DNA of 58,421 nt, counting the filler, from Sphacelaria rigidula (lineage: Eukaryota): NCBI GenBank assembly GCA_964200075.2. It is 9 parts of 9 records of this genome, joined end to end, with 100 filler letters (N's around TTAATTAATTAA, not from the genome) between each part and the next. Parts side by side here need not be neighbours in the genome. Positions count along the whole stretch, not along the records: positions 45,518 to 51,919 come from CAXNAA020020296.1; positions 52,020 to 58,421 come from CAXNAA020020297.1; 7 more parts are not named here. One strand, 5' to 3'. Shown here in pieces: positions 50,248 to 58,421 of this stretch (position 1 is its first letter; every line of letters begins with the position of its first letter). The notes beneath the pieces are model-generated. The model was not told the DNA's origin, did not search any database, and saw only the letters and a program-made list of their open reading frames with translations. Position numbers and translations under genes: made by a program.

Positions 50248-50281
50248 GCTACTACTACTGCTACTACTACTGCTACTACTA
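50205..50281. repeat. (TAC)n microsatellite
   Basis: Read directly from the sequence; gives a spurious poly-Ser ORF. Confidence 0.97.
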
Positions 50282-50442
50282 ATCATAATCATAACTAGTG
50301 GTGAGCCACGGCTGACGCGCGTGGCAGCAGTGCCGCAGGTTTTAACGCCATGGGTCTCGCATGCGTGAAGGCTGTGAACAAAATGATGAACAAAAAAAGA
50401 AGACCCTGACATCAACCATAATTATTTAATATAGGGGTCGTC

Positions 50443-50530
50443 ATTAACCCTTAGACGGCGAGAGTAGGTCATTAATTGAATCGGCGTCAATCTCACTTGA
50501 AAAAAGTGTGCATGATCCGGATGGACGGTC
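50443..50530 (+). mobile_element. piggyBac-type element terminus (TTAA-CCCTTAGACGGCGAGAGTAGGTCAT)
   Basis: Matches 44686-44740 and 44520-44580. Confidence 0.7.
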
Positions 50531-50833
50531 TACGGATCGACCTTTTTTTTCTGCATGTTTTTCATTCATTTTAATCCATGAAAACGGAGGCAAAATAATA
50601 CCCGGTAACAACGACCCTATAAGCAGGTCACGACTTCGAACCGCACGGCTAAATGTAAGCATCACGAAAGAAAAGGGAAACCCTGACCGTGTTGGCGCTA
50701 ACCAGGCAGCGCTGCATTCATAGAGAATCTTCCCCGAAGAAGCAAGTGCCAAACCGCGCCGTCATTCGTCTATCCCCCCACCGGATGTACAACAACGAAG
50801 TCTAAGAGCATCGATTCCTAGCCAGTCGATCCT

Positions 50834-50992
50834 CGTCGGCAGTAGTGAGGCGTCGGCAGTAGTGAGGCGTCGGCAGTAGTGAGGCGTCGACAGTAGTGAG
50901 GCGTCGGCAGTAGTGAGGCGTCGGCAGTAGTGAGGCGTCGGCAGTAGTGAGGCGTCGGCAGTAGTGAGGCGCCGGCAGTATTGAGGCGTCGG
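50834..50992. repeat. Minisatellite of about 9 copies of 17-bp CGTCGGCAGTAGTGAGG
   Basis: Read directly from the sequence. Confidence 0.97.
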
Positions 50993-51580
50993 CCGCCTGT
51001 ATCGCATGGGCAACATGCTGGCTGTATGCATCTACCGAAATCGAGGGTATTCGTTGAGAGCCATGATGGCTTGTGGCGTTGCCGTTGGCATTGAGGGCGT
51101 TGGCTCCGTTGATATCATACTGTTGCTATGAAACGCCTGGCGGTAGCCATTAGCGATGTTTTCGAACCCCGCTGGCCTGTCGTAACCATCATTATACTCC
51201 GGACAGACCCCTTTTTCACGTTCATGTGTGGATATAGTCGACACCACCCGCCCCTGCAAGATCATGGTAAAATTCACGATGGGCAACCCATGTCATCAGG
51301 CGCCACCTTCCCCTTTCTGATATGTCCTCCGTGCGTGTCTCCGGCCATGTATGCTGAGGTAACTTTCTCATCAGACCGTATTTTTTTCTTTCCACCGCAC
51401 TTTCACTTTATTCTATTTTGTACCGAGTCTGTGAATTTTCCGGGTCCGACCATACACATTGTTTTTCAATTTTTTCCCTCATACCTTATTTTGCATAGTT
51501 CATGTGACCACGGAAGGCGTCCGCATCAAATGCCCAGTAGAGATTATTACTGCGCAGATATTGAAACAGTTTTCATGTGA

Positions 51581-51581
<1 letters not shown>

Positions 51582-51622
<41 letters not shown>

Positions 51623-51623
51623 C
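51582..51623. repeat. (AAC)n microsatellite
   Basis: Read directly from the sequence. Confidence 0.97.
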
Positions 51624-51770
51624 GTACATTTGCGAAGACACGCCCTTAGGCGGGGTCTTATCGAGTGACATCACTTTTCGAAATGTCACTTCTGAAATTG
51701 ATTGCCAACAACGACCAGTTTTCAGTGTTTTCATAAAGCATCCTTGTCGATATTAGGGTCGTACGCCAAC

Positions 51771-51919
51771 TGTGTGTGTGCGTCGTCATCCCATCTAATC
51801 TGGACGCCGGTCTACACCTTTCGGTATATGTGGGCGCACCAGCCGGGGTCACACAGGAGAAAAGTTAACACAGGAGCTTTTTTTTTTAGTACCCTATCTT
51901 CCTTCTGCGGTGCTCGCCT
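51771..51919 (-). mobile_element. 3' part of the same SINE family, cut by the contig end
   Basis: (TG)n followed by GGGCGCACCAGCCGGGGTCACACAGGAG...CCTTCTGCGGTGCT matches 36512-36672. Confidence 0.85.
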
Positions 51920-52648
51920 NNNNNNNNNNNNNNNNNNNNNNNNNNNNNNNNNNNNNNNNNNNNTTAATTAATTAANNNNNNNNNNNNNNNNNNNNNNNNN
52001 NNNNNNNNNNNNNNNNNNNCATACCAGCATAACACATATATGGCGGGGGGGGGGGGGGTCCTGGGATGTATCCCTATGTATACTGGGTGTTTGATAATCA
52101 CGATATCCAACAGAGAGAATTCGGGGCAGAGGCGAAGAGAGGAGGGGGAACCACGAAATTTCTTCTGCAGTCCATTGAGCACAGATCCTTGACGTTGCCA
52201 TGTACTTTTCCGACGGCCGCTGTATTCGAAGCTTTACAAGATCTCGAAAATCACGGAGTGCGTACCTGATCACACTGAATGTAACGATCACCACATCGTT
52301 TCTGATGACGCAACCAACAACCGATAAAAAAGCCACCATGCTTTGGTCATGCCAACCAGGACAGTCAACCATTTCGCCAACAAAGTAACGCCTGTCATGC
52401 ACCATACTGACATTTTGTTTCGCTTCTGATCTCCGCTGCCAGCCTCCAATCCTCGGAACGAATCCGTACTTTCAAGGATTAACCCTAGTAGCCCATCTCC
52501 CCTAGTGCTGTAGTCTTGCACTTTGCTATCGGGCACTGGATCATCACTCTCGCAGCTCATCCGCAGTCATCGAATCGTTCATGTTCCGTTATGATACAGC
52601 ATATGCCGTCAAAACCACACACATACACATATAAACACACACGCGTAC

Positions 52649-53248
52649 CTTCAGACCAGCAGACGACATGGGATCCAGCACCATATCCTCCGCCTTTTGC
52701 CGTTCCAACCTTTTCGGCTTGATCCCTAAACGGCCCTCTCCAAAGTCAGCATCGTCATCGTCGTCGCTGGCGAGGTCCCATCCCTTTCGCCACCTCCCGG
52801 CAACCTGCCAACCCCCGCCAGAACTCGAGCGCGTCGCCATGTCGTCCTCGCGGTCGGTTCCAAACGGCAGCGATCCCGCCGCAACCGCTAGCGTCGCCGC
52901 CGCCGCCGCCGCCGCATACTCCGCCGCGACCCCAGCTGCGGAGCCCGCCGCTCCCGCTGCCGCCCCGGCGGCGTCGGCAGCGGCCATTGCCGCAATTTCT
53001 GCTCCACGCCAGCGCCCTGCCTCTTCCCTCTCCTCCTCGGTGCCGCCGGATGGAGACAAATCCTCGAGGTACTGCGTGGTGGGGCTCAAGCTCTTCCCGT
53101 CTTGCCCGTTCGCGGCGGTGGTTGCCTCGGCGACAGCCGCGTTACCCGCCGCCTCGGCAGCGGCGGCAAAAACCTCTGGGGCGAGTGCTGAGGCGCTGCC
53201 TATCGCACCGTATCCGAAGGCGGATGTGAGAGCCATGGCGGCTTCCAC
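52649..53248 (-). CDS. Exon 2 (200 codons, Ala-rich) of the large contig-9 gene
   Basis: Acceptor CAACAG|GTGGAA at 53249/53248 and donor AAG|GTACGC at 52649/52648. The exon is 600 bp, phase 0 at both ends, and in frame with exon 1. Confidence 0.8.
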
Positions 53249-53653
53249 CTGTTGATAATATCGTGTTGTCCGTGTTGTTGTTAGTAGTAGTAGTAGTAGT
53301 GCTAGTGGTGGTGGTTGGCGTCGGGGAGGACTTGTATTGGTTTGAACGGGGGATATGTCACTGCTAGCGCTGTTTGCGTGTGCATACAGATGGAGTGCGA
53401 AACTGAGCAAAAGTGTGATGTGTGGCGTGGCCAGCGGGATGAAGAAGTGGGCAAAATGCACGTGTCTCCAAGTTTGCGCATGTTCAGGCGAGCGGTGGAG
53501 CAAGAGAAACGGCAAGCTAGCAACACATTTGACTGACTACTTTGTGGACAGACGCACAGACAACAGGGGAAGATAGAGGGATAAAGGACTGGGGGAGAGG
53601 GGAGAGTCAGAGAGAGAGAACACCCACGTAAGCACGTTATTTCACAAACGAAC

Positions 53654-56600
53654 CTGTGCCCTGGGGTCATAACCATCCATCAATGCTGACAATGGCCAGA
53701 GTAGTTCCCGGCCAGCTCGCTCTCTGCCATCACCAACAAACTCCGCAGTTTCCGATGTTTTCACAGGCGCGCTGTCGGCGGCGGCGGCATCCTTTTTCCC
53801 CCCGGTTGCACTATTTCCCTTCCCCGTTTCTCCCTTGTCCTTGGGGAAGAAACCGAACAAGTTCCAGCCCCCACCACCGACCGCCTGGGGTGCGCTGACC
53901 TCGCCTGCCACGCTACCACTGTCGCTCGCCACGTTTTTCATCGCTATAGTCTCGTTGGTAGCCACACTCTCTTCGGTGGGAGCTGACATCATTCCCACAC
54001 CACCACTAGCCTCCGGTCTTACTCCGACCCGTTTGTCCTCATCGTCCTTCCCGCGGGACTCGTCGCCGACAGGGACCAACGGCACGGACAAAGAGCTGAT
54101 TGAAGAATCTACGCTTGGAATCAAGGGCTCCGCACGAGCCTTCGAAAGCCGACGAAGCAGTAACCATAGTTTCGCCCTTCGTGAGGTGGTAGCGGCCTTG
54201 TCCAGCAGCGGGCTGACTCCAGCAAGGGGCCTCGATCCCCGCCGGCGTTCTTGCGCCTGCGTCATCGACGACCTACCGTCCTTCGTTGTCACCTGTTGCT
54301 GTTGCTGGTCTTGCTGCTGCTGCTGCTGCTGCTGCACAGCATCACTTTCTGGTGTTCGTCCAACAGAGGAAGGGTCTGAATCGCGACGGGCAGTAGTCTC
54401 GCCTGCGGTGCTTTCGGCGACACCGTCGTCGCCGGCCGCCAACACACCGGGCAGCCGGTTAACGATGGGGTGAGCAAGGCCTAGCCCCACGCTCACTGCG
54501 GCCACAGCCCCGACTCGCCACCATGGCGTGCTACTGGCATTTCTCCTCCCGCCTGGCCAGCCAGCCTCGGTGACGTCATCAGCGCGTCGCACACCGTCCG
54601 TCTCCACCTCGGCTGGACTCTCGATGAGAGACCCATCGTGCTGTGGACTTCCCGTTTGAGAGGAGCTATCCGTCCCACCCGCTGGATAAACCCCTTCGCT
54701 GCGGTTATCTTCGCCTTCTTCATCCTCACCCTTAAGAACCTTTTCCACAAGGCGGCGTCCGACAGCGTTGACGAGTACTGTCGCCACTTTTGGCACAGCA
54801 TCCATATACACACGGAATTTCCGCCGTGATTCCGATGCCCCCACGAGTGCCTCATCACGATTGGAACCCTCACGAAGACTAGCTCCGTCGCCATTGACGA
54901 TAGTTGGCGATGATGGTTGCTCCTGAATGCTCCTCGACCTACCACTGGCAACCTCCGCCGCTACATCTGCCAATATCTGTGTGTCAGAGCCATCTCCCGC
55001 TGTCGGCTGACGAGCCGCAGTAGAGGCAGCGCGGCGCTGCGCGCGCGAGGCTAGCAACGAAACCGCCCTGCGGTAGCCTGGTGGCCGCCACTTTGATCGA
55101 ACGGGGAAGTACGGATTTTCCGCAAGTCGCTGCCGCATCGCCTGAGCCGCCGGCGGCAGATTCGGCCGTTGCCCTCGTGACGCCGGTGAGGGCGAAGCGA
55201 CAGAGGGTAACGGCGGCGGCGACGGGAAAGGTGACAAACTACGCGACCTGTTCGTGCCGGCAGTAGCAGTAGCAGTCGTAGATTGGGGATCAACGGTGGA
55301 TGGCGATGGGTCTGCCGCCGCCCATGAACGACGGCTCCGTTTGGCGAGTGCAGACAGTGACATCCCCGTAACATTCTGCGCCCAGGCCAGCGTGCGGCTC
55401 GGCAGGCGAGCTAATTTTTCCTCACTGGAAATAGTGGGCGTGAGCGGAGGGGTCAACGTGACTTCGGAAGCAATTGTGTCTAGTTGCGCCGAGGATAGTC
55501 CGCCCGCAGGTTCCACTTGGTCAAAGATGGATGGACGATCACTACTCGGGCTAGAGGGCACACTGCCAGGGCGGGAGCCTTGTTCTTCCTGCCCAGGTTG
55601 TCCTTGACCATCGGTGATGCCGGCGAGGGCATTGGCTACGGCGGGCACAACCACATCGGCAGCTGCACTGGCGGCCCAGCCAACCGATTTACCCAGGACG
55701 GATAAAGACTTACCAGTGGCAGCCGTAACTAGGGATAACGCGCTGTCGTCTTCCGGGTTGACATTGTTGGCGGTTGATTCCGCGTCTTTCGCGCCACGAA
55801 CCTTCTCCACTGGATCCATCTCAGTTTGCGTCGCTCCTGTTGCATCGACAGCAGCCGCGGAGTCACTGTCACTGGGCACACCGACCTCCGCCCCTGTCTC
55901 CATTTGGTCACCGTCAAGAACACCGTCAACGATGTCGTCGCCGTTGTTGTAGTTCGCATCCCTGTCCTCCTCCTCGCCACCCCAGGCGGCAACCCACGAC
56001 GTACTCAACGACGAAGCGGTTGGGATAGAGTCAACCGACGGGAGAACGGGAAATGAAGTAGATGGTTGTGACGGTGTTGCTGCCGCCACCCCCGCCCCCG
56101 CCCCCGCCGCTGCTGTCCGTTCTTGTGAATCAGGGGCCGCAGCTTCCGGGAAGCTTTCTCCTGTCTTACTTTCGTCTCCTCTTCTAAGGCTGGACCACTG
56201 CCAAGGCCAGCGTGCCGTGGGCGAAGTGAGCACACCTTCTGCCGATTGGGTCTCGTCAGTAGCAGCTGCTTCTTCACTGGCAATCCTGGGCTTGCTATGT
56301 ATGCCTGATGCGGGCAACGCGGTGGACAAGACTTGCGACACAGCAACAGGCTGTTCCTGTATCGCGGGTGGCGTAGCAGTGGGGAGTGGTTGCGCCAACG
56401 GTGAAAGTCCTGCCAGCTTTCGCGTGTTCGACTCTGCGCTGCCGGCAATGATGTTCCTCCCTCTATTTTTGCTGCCGCTGCTGCTGCTCACCGACTGTTC
56501 ACCCCCTCGTGCCGGCAACAAGCGGCCACCCCAGCGCAACAAACGTGGAAGAATCAGGGCCGGGTTTGCCGTGGATTTCGTCGTCGGTGCACGGTGGAAG

Positions 56601-57262
56601 TCGCTGCTACCACGGTCACGGTCAGCACCTGGCGCTGAGACGTCATAAGAATCGTGCGCATTGCCAAGGGTTTCCGCACCGACATCAGCAGGATCCGAGA
56701 GCGGAGGTACAGCAGCAGTCGGGGTACGAACGGGAAGCTTCTGCTTGGCTTGCTGTTGCGGTTGCTGTGGAGGGATCGCCGTCCTTATGGCTGTGATGAG
56801 CACCGACAGCAATCGCTCTTGCTCCTCGATGTCGATGCCACTACCCCTAGCTCCGTCTTGGTCGCCTGTTTGCTCGCCATCTCGATGCTCTTGCTTCTGC
56901 TGGGGTTCAACGTTCTGACTGTTACTACTGCTACTACTACTACTACGAATGCTACTGCTGCTATCTGTTCCGTGCGCTCGACCACCACTGGCCAGTATGC
57001 TTTGATGATGGAAGAACTGTTTCGTGCTGGTGGTGAGGTAGTCGTTGAAATCCCTCCCGGGGAATGCCCGAGTCGTCGGTTTGACTGCAGGTTGGACTAG
57101 ACTACTGACGCTTACAGAGGCGCACCGCCTACATGAAGCCAGCGACAACCTAGCTGGTGGACGTACAAAAGCATGTGACTGTGGAAGCGCAGAAGATGGC
57201 AATGCAACAGCCCATGGCACCACTGCTATGAACAAGGGAGCCAACCCCAGTTGGGGCCACAT
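53654..57262 (-). CDS. Exon 1 (1203 codons) of a large, mostly disordered protein with a signal peptide and probable plastid transit peptide; function unknown
   Basis: A 1206-aa open frame in otherwise ORF-poor DNA. Hydrophobic N-terminus, then SHAFVRPP and an S/R-rich stretch. Donor CAG|GTTCGT lies just before the stop, giving a 405-bp GT-AG intron to exon 2. Confidence 0.85.
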
Positions 57263-57559
57263 TTGGCCTCACTGGCACTTCGTTGATGTAGAAAGCGCAA
57301 TGCGCAACATTTGAGCTCGCACGTGGGCGGGTTGAAAGACATGTTTTTTATTAGCTACACCAACCAGCTGTGTTCAGACCCGATGTCAGTCGATCAAGGC
57401 AGATGTTCGTTACACCGAAAAGCCGAAAATGACCGCATTTAGTATCCCCACCCCTTCGAGAATAAGGGGCGCAGGGAACTTCACCACCGCAGGAAGGCCT
57501 CAAAAATAGGGGGGACAAAACCCCCGCGTAGCAGCAATTACATCACAACACTAAACAAG

Positions 57560-57900
57560 CCACTATGACGCTGGGAAACTGACTTGCCATGGCAAAAATA
57601 TTTGCACGAACGAGCAGGGCGTCAACTTTCAAGTTATCGCATCTACTATTATTACTGCTACTGTAATAGTGATGGTAGTGATGGTGGTGATGGTGGTGGT
57701 GGTTTTTGTTGTTATCGCTGCCCCCTTTCTTTCCTTTCTGAGGCCGTTGCTTCTGTCGTTTTTCTGTTCCTTTCTTTCTTTTTTGTATTTTTTTCATCAT
57801 TCTGTTCTATTTTTGCTGCTGCTCCTGACCACGGGCTGGATTGTTGTAATAATGTGAGATAATCAATCAATCAATCAATCACTCAATCAATCAATCAATA
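57560..57900 (+). mobile_element. Probable retroelement 3' end with microsatellite/pyrimidine tracts and a (CAAT)n tail
   Basis: T/C-rich tract, GACCACGGGCTGGA, then about nine ATCA units; same layout as 1660-1920 and 35700-35990. Confidence 0.5.
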
Positions 57901-58421
57901 ATGAAATAGTGGCCGTACAGCGTACATCGCAATATCCGTATGAATATTACCGCACACGAATCTCTCCAACAGAAAGAAGAGTCGCCAGTAATAGAAGGGA
58001 CTTCACAACAGGTGGGCATTTCAAGAGATGAACACGTGGCCGATATAATGACGATCCTCGGGAGTTTTTTCAACCCCATATTTGAAAATAGGGTTAAATT
58101 TTCAAATGGGACTGAGCTCACCTTCCGAAAATTCACATTTTTCCCGGAAGAGTTTTGCGAAAGCAACCTAGCTACTGAGGCCGCTTCTTATTATAGACTG
58201 AAGAAAAATCTCTCTAAGGACTGCCCTTTTTTTACACCTTTCATCACGGATTATTGGCGGAATACGGGCCTTGGCGGATTAGGCCTCCTCGGAAAGATTT
58301 GCTCTATTTTTCACGAGGATTCCAGCACGCTTGCCCGATATTTCGTACTCCCAGTTTTACTCTTGGCCGGATTTTGGTTTTTTTCAATCACCTGAAAAGA
58401 ATTCGAGTTGTCGGGAAAAAG

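Noticed and set aside
6404..52019. Regular ~6.5-kb periodicity of TTAATTAATTAA and any cross-segment gene neighbourhood
   Set aside because: These are artificial linkers between length-sorted contigs, so adjacency across them has no biological meaning.
52668..57314. Numerous plus-strand ORFs
   Set aside because: They are antisense shadows of the GC-rich minus-strand gene.
57940..58395. 151-aa plus-strand ORF
   Set aside because: No recognisable domain; it lies in AT-richer sequence beside a retroelement tail at the contig end.

Overview
The window is not one locus. It is nine unrelated contigs of 6402-6403 bp (1-6403, 6504-12906, 13007-19409, 19510-25911, 26012-32413, 32514-38915, 39016-45417, 45518-51919, 52020-58421) joined by an artificial 100-nt spacer (44 N + TTAATTAATTAA + 44 N). 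The DNA is repeat-rich eukaryotic nuclear sequence, most likely from a brown alga (inferred from EsV-1-7-type Cys/His repeats, a bipartite plastid-targeting-like N-terminus and GT-AG introns). Most of it is transposon debris: a 5'-truncated LINE reverse transcriptase, a Copia integrase fragment, a tRNA-derived SINE family, ~100-bp TTAA-flanked piggyBac-type MITEs, hAT and mariner ends, and micro/minisatellites. One convincing host gene lies in contig 9 (a 3.6-kb first exon plus a 600-bp second exon), and there are a few candidate exons elsewhere. The most unusual items are contig 4, which closes into a 6275-bp circle or tandem unit through an exact 127-bp terminal repeat and carries three tandem arrays; a 129-bp near-perfect palindrome; a chain of mini-elements linked by single TTAA sites; and a three-level nested retroelement insertion. 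No CRISPR array, rRNA or intact tRNA was found. All assignments are by eye, without database searches.
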